DNA from: an uncultured Actinomycetes bacterium
GTDB lineage: Bacteria > Actinomycetota > Thermoleophilia > UBA2241
DNA: 64,000 nt
Assembly (NCBI GenBank): GCA_963709345.1
Contig: CAVPVX010000002.1
Location: 320,001 to 384,000, forward strand
Direction of reading: 5' to 3'
A model generated the notes under the pieces. It had not been told where the DNA came from, ran no database searches, and was given only the letters and a program-made list of their open reading frames with translations. Positions 41,064-49,812 of this stretch are shown one piece after another. Positions within the stretch are counted from its first letter, which is position 1. Each line of letters begins with the position of its first letter. A program made the position numbers and the translations under genes.

Positions 41064-41306
41064 TCACTTCTTCGTAAGGTACACCTCGCCGTTGACTGTG
41101 ACGACGGCGACGCTCTTGAGTCCAAGGGTGGCGATCGCCTTCTTGACGCTGAGGGCGGCACTCGGTTTGACACCTTCGATCTTGGCGTTCTGCAAATCCC
41201 CCTTGGCGAATTCGTCGACAAGGTCGACGTAGATGCTCCTACGGGTGGACTTCGGAATCTCAGCGACGGCCACCAGGTGTGGCTTCGATAGCTGGCTCTT
41301 CGGCAT
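41064..41306 (-). CDS. Small Lys-rich hypothetical protein (80 aa)
   Basis: GGAGG RBS, ATG; MPKSQLSK...GEVYLTKK; lower GC than host. Confidence 0.65.
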   Translation of the reverse strand: MPKSQLSKPHLVAVAEIPKSTRRSIYVDLVDEFAKGDLQNAKIEGVKPSAALSVKKAIATLGLKSVAVVTVNGEVYLTKK

Positions 41307-41392
41307 GTGTGTCCTCCATGGCTCGGTCAGAATCGCCTGACATTTCAGGGAATTGAGAACCTGCACTGGGCTCCTGCTGGCCGGTCCACATG

Positions 41393-41755
41393 TCACCGGG
41401 ATACGCGCAGGCCGACGGGCACGCCCGCGGCGTCCGGGGCGAAGGTCAAGTTCAAACCCAGAATCCCAGCGCCGCCGCCTGAGGACCAAGTGCCACCACG
41501 AACAATAGCCACGCGACCCGACTTCCCACCGTTTGAATAGAGTTGGCCGATGCCCTGAGTCGAACTCCAACCGCTGGCGCCACATACATCAGTATAGGCA
41601 GGCATAGCACTGGCCGGCGGGCCGTTTTCGAGTAGTGAGCCGATAGTGTATTGGTGCGAAGCATAGGCGACTTCGCCAGACTGGGCTTGAGGACGCCGTT
41701 CTTGAGATGGCCTTGAACTCGTCGGAGATGCCGTGCTCGGCGCGTCTTCATTCAT
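41393..41755 (-). pseudogene. C-terminal fragment of a CLec-fold (DGR-target/FGE-like) protein
   Basis: STQGIGQLYS..VRGGTWSSGGGAGILGLNLTFAPDAAGVPVGLRVSR-stop. Confidence 0.55.
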
Positions 41756-43503
41756 TGGAGCTTGCCCCGCAGCGACTCGTGCGCCAGCACGATGAGGCGC
41801 TGGGTGGCGCGGGTGGCTCCGATGTAGAACAGGTCGCGTTCGCGAGGCGTGCTCAGGTGCTCGATGTCCGTAAGCACGACGGCCCGCGACTCGAGGCCCT
41901 TGAAGCGGTGGACCGTGGTGAAGCGGGTCTTGCCCGAGTGGAGGTCGAAGACGGGGCCGTGTGGGCCTGAGTGGGCGAGCGGCGTGAGCAGGTCGCGCCA
42001 CGGCTGCTCGGTGAGGGCGGCCGCCACGCAAGCCGTGTCGTTACGCGTGCTGAGCACCATGACTCGGGGGCCCTTGAGGCCGGCGGCGCGGAGGTCTTCG
42101 AGCGCCGCGCACAGCAGTTCCTGCTGCTGCTCGGCGCACTCCCAGAAGCGCACCTCCGGCCGGTCGCCCTCGTCGTCGTCCGCGCGCAGTACCTTGACGT
42201 AGCCGTCGGCGATACCGCCGCCGGCGCAGGCCAGCGCGGCCACCGCCGGGGAGTTGCGGCAGTTCTCGTCGAGCTCGAAGACCGCGCAGCCGCCGCCCTG
42301 GTCGCAGCAGAACCCGTCGAGGTCGACGGAGTCGTCGTAGATCGCCTGATGGAAGAAGTCGCCGAAGAGGCGCCAGCGGCCCGCGGTCAGGCCGCCGTCC
42401 AGGGTCAGGTCGAGGACGTCGAGGAACTGCGTGCGCAGCACGTCCTGGGCCTCGTCGACGATGAGCTCGTCGTAGGCGTTGGGGCGGTCGATCAGGCCGT
42501 CGCAGGCCAGCTGCGGCAGCTCGACGTCCCAGAAGTCCCCGCCGCCGCCGAGCCTGGACGACCCGGCGGGGATGCCGGCGGCGCGGACCATGTGGTCGGA
42601 GATCGTCGTCGCGTCGGCGACGCCGGCGACCTGCTCGCGCAGCCACTCGGCCAGCGCCCGGTTGAAGCAGAGCATGAGCACGCGGCGCCCGGCGGCGTGG
42701 CCGCGCCGCGCCGCCTCCAGCGCCAGCAGCGTCTTGCCCGTGCCGGCCGGGCCGTCGAAGACGACGCGCGGCATGCGCCGCATGGCGTCCAGCGCGTCGA
42801 ACTGCAGCTCGGTGTAGTGGAGGATCTCGTCGTCGATGCGCCGGGCGCGATCCTTGGGACTCTCGAAGTACTCGAAGTCGGGGCGCAGGATGCGGACGAT
42901 CTCGTCGCACTGCTCCTGCGTCGGCTCGCCGGCGGCCGGGTCGAACCAGGCCTTGCGCAGCCCGGCGGCGCGCTCCCGCGCCTGGCGCAGAGCCGAGGCG
43001 ATGCAGTCGGCTATCGGACGCTGCCCCAGCCTCACCTTGTCGACGACCTGCCAGGAGTGCCACTCCTCGCTCTCGTCGGTGAACTCGATGAACGGGAAGC
43101 AGACGGCGGACTGGAAGAGGACGCCCTCAAGGTGCGGACGGTGCTTGACGAGGCGCTCGCGCAGGCTGTGCATCGCCTCCGCGGCCTGCTTGAAGGGCCC
43201 GCGCGGATCGCCTGCGGCGTCCGCGCCGTAGTGCCACAGCCCATGCTCGCGCTTCAGCCTGTGGCACCCCTTCACCTCGAGGACGAGCACGCCCAGCCCG
43301 GGCGCGACGACGACGAAGTCGGCCTCGCCCTCCATCTGCCTGAGGTGGTGGGCGATGTCCTGGGAATGGAGTGCGGTCCAGCCGGCGGCGGCGCCCTCCG
43401 CCCCGGCCCCGGCCTCCGCCGAATCCGCGCCGAGCAGCTCAAAGACAAGCCTCTCGCCGTCGCTCGGCGTGTCGGGCGGGATGGTCGGCGGGATCAGCTG
43501 CAT
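41752..43503 (-). CDS. NERD nuclease fused to SF1 (UvrD-like) helicase
   Basis: GEADFVV..VLEVKG (NERD), GPAGTGKT, VDEAQD, FGDFFHQAIY, NCRN, TVHRFKGLE, YIGATRA. Confidence 0.88.
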   Translation of the reverse strand: MQLIPPTIPPDTPSDGERLVFELLGADSAEAGAGAEGAAAGWTALHSQDIAHHLRQMEGEADFVVVAPGLGVLVLEVKGCHRLKREHGLWHYGADAAGDPRGPFKQAAEAMHSLRERLVKHRPHLEGVLFQSAVCFPFIEFTDESEEWHSWQVVDKVRLGQRPIADCIASALRQARERAAGLRKAWFDPAAGEPTQEQCDEIVRILRPDFEYFESPKDRARRIDDEILHYTELQFDALDAMRRMPRVVFDGPAGTGKTLLALEAARRGHAAGRRVLMLCFNRALAEWLREQVAGVADATTISDHMVRAAGIPAGSSRLGGGGDFWDVELPQLACDGLIDRPNAYDELIVDEAQDVLRTQFLDVLDLTLDGGLTAGRWRLFGDFFHQAIYDDSVDLDGFCCDQGGGCAVFELDENCRNSPAVAALACAGGGIADGYVKVLRADDDEGDRPEVRFWECAEQQQELLCAALEDLRAAGLKGPRVMVLSTRNDTACVAAALTEQPWRDLLTPLAHSGPHGPVFDLHSGKTRFTTVHRFKGLESRAVVLTDIEHLSTPRERDLFYIGATRATQRLIVLAHESLRGKLQ

Positions 43504-43726
43504 CGTCCGTCCCTGTTCGGCGGCGGCCGGCCGGGCACCTGCGGCGGTCGTCGACTGGCGGAGCACCTCTCACGCGCCTGGGCAATGGTCCGCTGCACCT
43601 CGCCGTCGTCGCCCGCGCTTGGGCGATCCCGGCAGTCCGGAATCCCGTGACTGGCCCAGCGCACAGCCGCTGGTCGCCCGCGGCATCGACACGCGCAGAC
43701 GGTCGCTCGGTCTATCGCCTTCGCGC

Positions 43727-43830
43727 TCAGAGAGACCTCACGCGGAAGCCCCACCTGAGCCGCCGGTACACCTCGTCGTCGTTGCGCTTGCCGATCGCGA
43801 CGATGCGCATGACGCAGCGGCAGCTCACCG
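43727..43830 (-). pseudogene. RelE/ParE toxin C-terminal remnant
   Basis: MRIVAIGKRNDDEVYRRL resembles the RelE-family C-terminus. Confidence 0.4.
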
Positions 43831-43905
43831 CCGATTCCCCGGACCGCTCCACCTGGTCGGACGACATCCCCATCGGCCGTGCGCGATCGAAGTCACCGCC
43901 GGCCG

Positions 43906-44292
43906 TCATCCCCCGAGCAGCGCCACCAGCTTCTCCACCGATAGGAGGCCGTTGTCGAAGACGAACTCCTGCCCGTCGGCGAGCGTCACGGCGACCTGCT
44001 TCATGTGGTGGACGCGCCGCTTCTCGACGGACTGCACGTCGCCCCGTGGGATGCTCAGGCTCTCGCCGTCCCAGTAGTTCCTCCCGACGAGGGTGCGGGA
44101 GGTGAGCGCGCCGGCGATGCCCTTCGCCGAGAAGTCGTCCCGGGGGAAGAACCCGGCCCTAAGCGGCTCGTAGAGGATGCGCCGGTCCGTGACCAGCAGC
44201 TTGCCCGCGTACTTGCCTCCGGAGGGCGGCAGATAGTGGATCGTCCAGTGACCGAGCTCCTGCTCGCCCGGTTCGAGGTCGAGCTTCGCCAT
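43906..44292 (-). CDS. Hypothetical PH/GRAM-like protein
   Basis: GGGAGG RBS; GKLLVTDRRILY..IPRGDVQSVE. Confidence 0.65.
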   Translation of the reverse strand: MAKLDLEPGEQELGHWTIHYLPPSGGKYAGKLLVTDRRILYEPLRAGFFPRDDFSAKGIAGALTSRTLVGRNYWDGESLSIPRGDVQSVEKRRVHHMKQVAVTLADGQEFVFDNGLLSVEKLVALLGG

Positions 44293-44462
44293 AGGCCTTC
44301 TCCTCCCGACGTCTCCCCGCCTCACTGCCCGTACGCCCGAGTGTACCGGGTGGTTCACCCCGCCGGTAGACCTCGATGTGTCCCCCGGCGTGCGATCCTC
44401 CGTCCGAGCCGTCCCGCATACTGATGGGCACACTCTCGGACCCCGGAGGAGGCGCGAGCGCG

Positions 44463-45404
44463 ATGCCGTTCGAGTTCAGACCCTATCCCGAGTTCGCCTG
44501 GTCGATCAGCCGGCAGCGCAAGCTCGACCAGTGCCCGCGCGCCTACTTCTACACGTACTACCTCGGCTGGAACGGCTGGATGGACGACGCCCCGGCGGGG
44601 ACTCGTGTGGCGTACCGCCTCAGCAAGCTCACCTCGCTGGACGCGCTGCTCGGGCAGCAGATCGACGCGCGGGCACGCGAGCTCGAGACCGCCGCACGCG
44701 CCCGCCGGCCCCTGCCCGCTCCGGAAGACCTCGAGGCCCGCGCGCGCGGCGCCCTGCGCCAGGCCTGGACGCGCTCGCTGAACGGCCGGGTCGCCTTCGA
44801 GAGCCGGCCGAGCAAGGTCGTCATGCTGCGCTCCATCTACCTCGACCAGGACACGCAGCCCGAGACGGACCGGCTGAACGAGAAGGCCGGCCCGGCCATG
44901 CGCGGCCTGCTGGCCACCTCCCACTGGGAGCGCCTGCGCACGTGTGGCGACGAGGGCCGCGTCGAGGTCCCCGCGTTCGCGAGCTTCCCGCACGACGGCA
45001 TCAAGGTCTTCGCGGCGCCGGACCTCGCCTACGTCCAAGAGGGCTTCTTGCACGTCGTCGACTGGAAGACGGGGCGCGAGGGCGACTCCGACCCCACGCA
45101 GGTCCTGTTGCAGATGTGGTGGGCGCTCAAGACCTACCCCGATCTGGCGGGGGAGGCCGCGGAGGGCAGACTCGCCGTCCGCGGCCACCTCGAGTACGTG
45201 ACCGCCGGCCGCACCCTGCCGGTCGAGGCAACGCCGGGCTTCCGCGAGCGGGCCGCCGACGTCGTGCGCGCCGGCGTCGCCGAGATGCGCGCCCTGCAGG
45301 CCGACCCGGAGCAGAACATCCCACTCCAGGTGGCCGCCTTCGAGCGCCGGGAGGGCGGGCTGTGCCGCACCTGCGGCTTCCTGCCCATCTGCGCCGATCG
45401 CTGA
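44463..45404 (+). CDS. PD-(D/E)XK nuclease (RecB/Cas4-like, Fe-S Cys motif)
   Basis: WSISR..CPRAYF, APDL..VVDWKTG, Q...W, C-terminal CRTCGFLPIC; GGAGG RBS. Confidence 0.82.
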   Translation: MPFEFRPYPEFAWSISRQRKLDQCPRAYFYTYYLGWNGWMDDAPAGTRVAYRLSKLTSLDALLGQQIDARARELETAARARRPLPAPEDLEARARGALRQAWTRSLNGRVAFESRPSKVVMLRSIYLDQDTQPETDRLNEKAGPAMRGLLATSHWERLRTCGDEGRVEVPAFASFPHDGIKVFAAPDLAYVQEGFLHVVDWKTGREGDSDPTQVLLQMWWALKTYPDLAGEAAEGRLAVRGHLEYVTAGRTLPVEATPGFRERAADVVRAGVAEMRALQADPEQNIPLQVAAFERREGGLCRTCGFLPICADR

Positions 45405-45430
45405 CCGCCACAGGGACGCGACCACTCACC

Positions 45431-45738
45431 GAGTACGACCCGAGGGGCGTTGTCTCTGAGTGTTCGCCCTCGACACCGGCCCGGGCGGGACCTCGTTCGA
45501 GGATTTCACCGACCTCGCTGTGTCGTACACGGTCGCCGGGGCCATCGCCGCCCAGCTCACCGTGCCGGGCGCCTGGCAAGACAGGATCGTGGCGGTCGCC
45601 GGCGACGCTTTCGGCGGTGTCTACGCCACCGGCGTCGACCACAAGGCAGCCGCCAAGACCGCGATCCTGACAGTACGCGGCTCGGTGCTCACCGACGGCG
45701 GCCTCGTTGGCCTGTGGGCGCCGTGGTTCGTCTACTGA
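45431..45738 (+). pseudogene. Internally deleted C-terminal fragment of the beta-propeller paralog family
   Basis: VFALDTGPGG..PGAWQD..KTAILTVRGSVL..LWAP..FVY aligns to the genes at 46243 and 47684 with two gaps. Confidence 0.75.
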
Positions 45739-45847
45739 TGTGGGAAAGGCCACGGCGATCCGACCCTCAAGAGCATCGCCGAGCCGGCGCGCGCTGGGCG
45801 CGGCGTTGTGCGCCTCGCCGACCTGCGGCCGGCCGCAGGTCGCCTCC

Positions 45848-46060
45848 TCAGCAGCTGAACAGCCAGACGACGAGGAAGAGGACCGCGACCACGCCCACCA
45901 CCCACGTGAAGCACGAGAGGCAGTCGCTGAACAGCGAGCCGACAAGGCGCACGGTGACGTCGACCGGCTCCTGCGGTTGCCGGCCGAGGCGGTGCCCGCA
46001 GGCGCCGCAGAAGGCGGCGCCCTCCGGGCACTCGACGCCGCACGCTTCGCACCTTGCCAC
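45848..46060 (-). CDS. Zinc-ribbon membrane protein
   Basis: CEACG..EGAAFCGACG followed by a TM helix. Confidence 0.6.
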   Translation of the reverse strand: MARCEACGVECPEGAAFCGACGHRLGRQPQEPVDVTVRLVGSLFSDCLSCFTWVVGVVAVLFLVVWLFSC

Positions 46061-46242
46061 CTTCGTCCCCTTCCCCGAGTCACAGGCCGCCCTTGCAGCA
46101 TAGCCCCGGGAGCGGACGGCTCCGCGGATCGGGTCGTGTGCAGCGGGACTCCAACGGTTTCGAGACTTGGCGAAGAGCGGCGAAGCGTCCGATGATGCAG
46201 TCAATATACTGGCCTTGGGACGCCAGACACGAAGGAGGAGCC

Positions 46243-47670
46243 ATGGGACCTCTGACGCGCGCTCACCTTCGACCACGCCGACGCCGGCGCCTGCGCGCCG
46301 CCGTCGCCGCCGGTGTCCTTCTGTTGTTCGTACTCGGCGCCGCCGGCCCGGCATGGGCCGCCGGCGCCAAAGGTCCGCATCGCATCATCTTCGATCTCGC
46401 CGCGGAACCTTCTTGGAACCATGAGTTCTTCAGTCCGGGCGCCTGGACCGACTCCGCCGAGGACGTCGTGATGGCCAAGGGCGGCGTCACCTACGTGACC
46501 GGGACGATGTTCAACGCCGCCGGGAACCCCGACCTCAGCCTGATGAAGCTGGTCGACGGCGTCCCGGCGTGGCCGGCGCCGAAGCTCTACGACGGCCCGT
46601 ACCACGGCACGGAGACGGGCAGAGACATCGCCCTCGGACCGGGCAACGCCATCTACACAGCGGGCGTGTCCACCGGCGCGAGCGGCATGCTCGACATCCT
46701 CGTCGTCAAGTGGTCCTCCGCCGGCGTGGTGAAGTGGGCCAGGCGCTACGACGGGCCCGCCCACGGCATGGACATCGCCACGTCGATAGCCGTTGACTCC
46801 GCCGGCAACGTGATCGTCGGCGGCGAGGCCGGGAACGTCGGCGGCGGCGACTGGGTCGTCGTGAGCTGGTCGTCCTCCGGCGCCAAACGCTGGACCTCGC
46901 GGTACGGCTCCAGCGCGGCCCACGAGATGGCCCCCCTGAGCCTCGTGGTCGCCAAAGATCGCAGCGTCTACGCCTGCGGGGTCAGGGCGGTCATTCCAGA
47001 TGCCGCCGCGATGATCGTGAGGTACTCGCGCTCGGGCAAGGTCCTGTGGAAGAAGACCTACAAGGGGCCCTCGGGCATCAATGCCATCGTGTGGGCGGGC
47101 GTCGCCCGCCCCGGCGGAGGAGTCTACGTCTGCGGGACCACGACCTCCACCGCCACCGACGCGGACGGGCTGGTGATGAGCTACACGCCGAAGGGCGCCC
47201 GCAAAGTGTTCGCCCTCGACACCGGGCCCGGCGGGGCCACCGAACAGGAGTTCAACGACCTGGCCGTGACCTCCACCGGTCAGGTGGTCGCCGCAGGCTC
47301 GACCAGGTCGGCCGGCAACCGGGATTGCCGCGCCGTGTCCTACACGGTCGACGGGACGATCGCCGGCCAGTTCACCCTGCCGGGTGCCTGGGAAGACGAG
47401 TTCGCGGCGGTCGCGACCGACAGCTTCGGCGGCTTCTACGCAACGGGCACCTACTACACCGCGTTCAACAAGACCGCGATCCTGACGGTACGCGGCTCGG
47501 TGCTCAACGGCGGCGGCGGCTTCTCCAGCCTGTGGGCGCCGGCCTTCGTCTCGATCGAGAACGAGCCCAACGCCATCGCCGTCCGGGGCTCGACCGCCTG
47601 TGTCGTCGGCAGGTGCAGTGAGGGACCGCTGCACGGCGTCGACCAGTTCGTGCTCGGCTACGTCTACTGA
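46243..47670 (+). CDS. Secreted beta-propeller repeat protein (SBBP-like), paralog 1
   Basis: AAGGAGG RBS; Arg-rich signal peptide; repeats YDGP.HG.D..IAVDSAGNV, VYVCG. Confidence 0.78.
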   Translation: MGPLTRAHLRPRRRRRLRAAVAAGVLLLFVLGAAGPAWAAGAKGPHRIIFDLAAEPSWNHEFFSPGAWTDSAEDVVMAKGGVTYVTGTMFNAAGNPDLSLMKLVDGVPAWPAPKLYDGPYHGTETGRDIALGPGNAIYTAGVSTGASGMLDILVVKWSSAGVVKWARRYDGPAHGMDIATSIAVDSAGNVIVGGEAGNVGGGDWVVVSWSSSGAKRWTSRYGSSAAHEMAPLSLVVAKDRSVYACGVRAVIPDAAAMIVRYSRSGKVLWKKTYKGPSGINAIVWAGVARPGGGVYVCGTTTSTATDADGLVMSYTPKGARKVFALDTGPGGATEQEFNDLAVTSTGQVVAAGSTRSAGNRDCRAVSYTVDGTIAGQFTLPGAWEDEFAAVATDSFGGFYATGTYYTAFNKTAILTVRGSVLNGGGGFSSLWAPAFVSIENEPNAIAVRGSTACVVGRCSEGPLHGVDQFVLGYVY

Positions 47671-47683
47671 GGGGGGAGAAGCG

Positions 47684-49120
47684 ATGAGGTCCGCTTGCAG
47701 TTCGCATCCCAGACGGTCCCGGCGCCGGAGTCTACGCGCCGCCGCCGCCGTCGCCAGTGCCTTTCTGCTGTTCACCCTTGGAGTCGCCGGCCCCGCCTGG
47801 GCAGCCGGGGTCCAGGGTCCGCAGCGCGTCATCTTCGACCCGGTCGCAACGCCGTCGTGGACGCGGATGTTCCACAGTCCCGGCGCCGCGGAGGACGTGG
47901 CCTACGACGTGGTCATGGCCAAGGGCGATGTCACGTACGTCGCCGGAGCCCTGGGAGGCGGCGTGGGCGATTTCGACGCGAGCCTGATGAAGCTCCGCGA
48001 CGGCGTACCCGTCTGGCCGGCGCCGAAGACCTACGACGGCCCCGCCCACGGTGACGATCTGTTCGTCAGGATGGCTCTCGGTCCGGGAGGGACGATCTAC
48101 ACCGCCGGGGTCTCCGACGGCCCCGGTGGCCTGCCCGACATACTCGTGGTGAAGTGGTCCTCGAGCGGGGCCGTCCGGTGGGCGCGACGCTACGACCCCC
48201 CAAGCCACGGCGTAGACCAGGCCACCACGATGGTCGTGGACAAGTCCGGCAACGTGACCGTCGGAGGCATGGCGGTGACCGTCGGAGGCATCGACTGGGT
48301 GGTGGTGAGCTGGTCGGCGTCCGGCGCCAAGCGCTGGACGTCCCGATACACCAGCGCCTCGCCGCACCAGATGATGCCGACGGGTATGGTGGTCGCCGGC
48401 GATCGCAGCGTGTACGCGAGCGGGGTCTCGGCGACCTCTGGGAGCAACGCCGTGATGATCGTGAGGTACTCGCGCTCGGGCAAGGTCCTCTGGAAGAAGA
48501 CCTACAAGGGACCCTCGGGCCTCGGCGCCAGCGTCTGGGCATCCGTCGCGCGTCCGGGTGGAGGGGTGTACGTCTGCGGATCGACGCTCTCGGCGGCGAC
48601 CGCCTGGGACGGCCTGGTGATGGGTTACACCGCCAAGGGCGCACGCGACGTGTTCGCCCTCGACGCCGGCCCCGGCGGCGCCACCGACCAGGTGCTCCAC
48701 GACCTCGCCCTGGCCTCCACCGGGCAGGTCGTGGCCGTGGGCAGCAGCACGTCGCCCGGCCCCGGCAACTCGGACTGCCACGGCGTGTGGTATACGTCGG
48801 ACGGCACGATCGTCAACCAGTCGACGCTGCCGGGAGCCTGGCAAGACACGTTCGACGCAGTCGCCACCGACAGCTTCGGGGGCGTCTACATCACGGGCAC
48901 GTTCCACACCGCCGTCAACAGGACCGCCGTCGTGACGCTGCGCGGCTCGATGCTCACCGGCGGCGGCGGATTCGCGAGCCTGTGGACGCCGACCTTCGTC
49001 ACGGAGGACAACAGGCCCTACGCCATCGCCGTCCGAGGCTCGACAGCCTGCGTGGTCGGCGCGTGCAGCGAGGGGGCGGCGCAGGGCATCGACCAGCTGG
49101 TGCTGGGGTTCGTGTACTGA
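47684..49120 (+). CDS. Secreted beta-propeller repeat protein (SBBP-like), paralog 2
   Basis: Collinear with paralog 1 along its length (e.g. MIVRYSRSGKVLWKKTYKGPSG identical). Confidence 0.78.
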   Translation: MRSACSSHPRRSRRRSLRAAAAVASAFLLFTLGVAGPAWAAGVQGPQRVIFDPVATPSWTRMFHSPGAAEDVAYDVVMAKGDVTYVAGALGGGVGDFDASLMKLRDGVPVWPAPKTYDGPAHGDDLFVRMALGPGGTIYTAGVSDGPGGLPDILVVKWSSSGAVRWARRYDPPSHGVDQATTMVVDKSGNVTVGGMAVTVGGIDWVVVSWSASGAKRWTSRYTSASPHQMMPTGMVVAGDRSVYASGVSATSGSNAVMIVRYSRSGKVLWKKTYKGPSGLGASVWASVARPGGGVYVCGSTLSAATAWDGLVMGYTAKGARDVFALDAGPGGATDQVLHDLALASTGQVVAVGSSTSPGPGNSDCHGVWYTSDGTIVNQSTLPGAWQDTFDAVATDSFGGVYITGTFHTAVNRTAVVTLRGSMLTGGGGFASLWTPTFVTEDNRPYAIAVRGSTACVVGACSEGAAQGIDQLVLGFVY

Positions 49121-49125
49121 ATCGT

Positions 49126-49160
49126 GGGCGGGCCGGGTGGGTGCTCCCCCCGGCCCGCTC
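49126..49160 (+). terminator. Stem-loop after paralog 2
   Basis: GGGCGGGCCGGG pairs with CCCGGCCCGCTC. Confidence 0.4.
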
Positions 49161-49195
49161 CCCCGGCCCGCTCCCGCCGTGGCGAGGCCCCGGCA

Positions 49196-49390
49196 CGCTC
49201 GCCGAAGCACTCCTCGAAGAGTCCGTCGTGCGTCCCGTCCTGCCTGAGGCTCGCCGGAGCCTCGTCGATCTCGGCCGGGAGCCGGCGGTCGTCGAGTCCT
49301 GTCGGCACGAGGAGCGCCCGGCCGCAGGAGAAGCAGGAGCCGGAGAAGTCCACCTCCGCGAGCTGCGCCGGCGTGATGGCGATCGCCGTC
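49196..49390 (-). pseudogene. Remnant of a polar amino-acid ABC substrate-binding protein
   Basis: TAIAITPAQLAEVDFS and IDEAPASLRQDGTHDGLFEECFG resemble the family-3 SBP motifs ITPER..VDFS and L..DGTY.....KWFG, with the middle missing. Confidence 0.5.
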
Positions 49391-49482
49391 GACGACGGGC
49401 GCGACCCTCTTCCGTCCCGGGCGCCGCTATCGTAGGGCGGACCCCGCGCACGCACGGCTCCTCTCGACCAGGGAACGGCAGC

Positions 49483-49782
49483 ATGCGCTTCATGGAAGCC
49501 CTCGGGACGATCCTCGGCTACGTCGTCATGGCGATCTGGATCGTCGCGATCAGCATCCTCAACCTCTACGTCCTCGCCCGCTACGGCCTCTTCGTCTGGC
49601 TGTTCGTGATCCCCATCTCGCTATCGCTCGTCTGGGCGGCGTTCGGCCTCGGGGCGCTCCTCGCGACGAGCCTCGTGTCGGCGATCGCCAGAGGGGTGAA
49701 GGCACTCGTCGGCGGACGCGGCGGCGACGTGGACGACGGCGAGGCCGCGGGCGACGAGCCGCCGCGCGACGGTACTGCCTGA
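49483..49782 (+). CDS. Small membrane protein
   Basis: Two or three hydrophobic helices, acidic tail. Confidence 0.6.
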   Translation: MRFMEALGTILGYVVMAIWIVAISILNLYVLARYGLFVWLFVIPISLSLVWAAFGLGALLATSLVSAIARGVKALVGGRGGDVDDGEAAGDEPPRDGTA

Positions 49783-49812
49783 CCCGCGCCGCGGCTCCGG
49801 CGCGCGGCCCCG

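Noticed and set aside
34930-44422. PafBC-type promoters (TGTCGG-N10-TAnnnT) upstream of rmuC and the PD-(D/E)XK gene
   Set aside because: Only weak matches (CGTC-N12-TACGAT; CGTC-N12-CATACT), expected by chance at this GC content.
44463-45404. cas4 of a CRISPR-Cas system
   Set aside because: Cas4-like motifs are present, but there is no cas1/cas2 or array; treated as a standalone PD-(D/E)XK nuclease.
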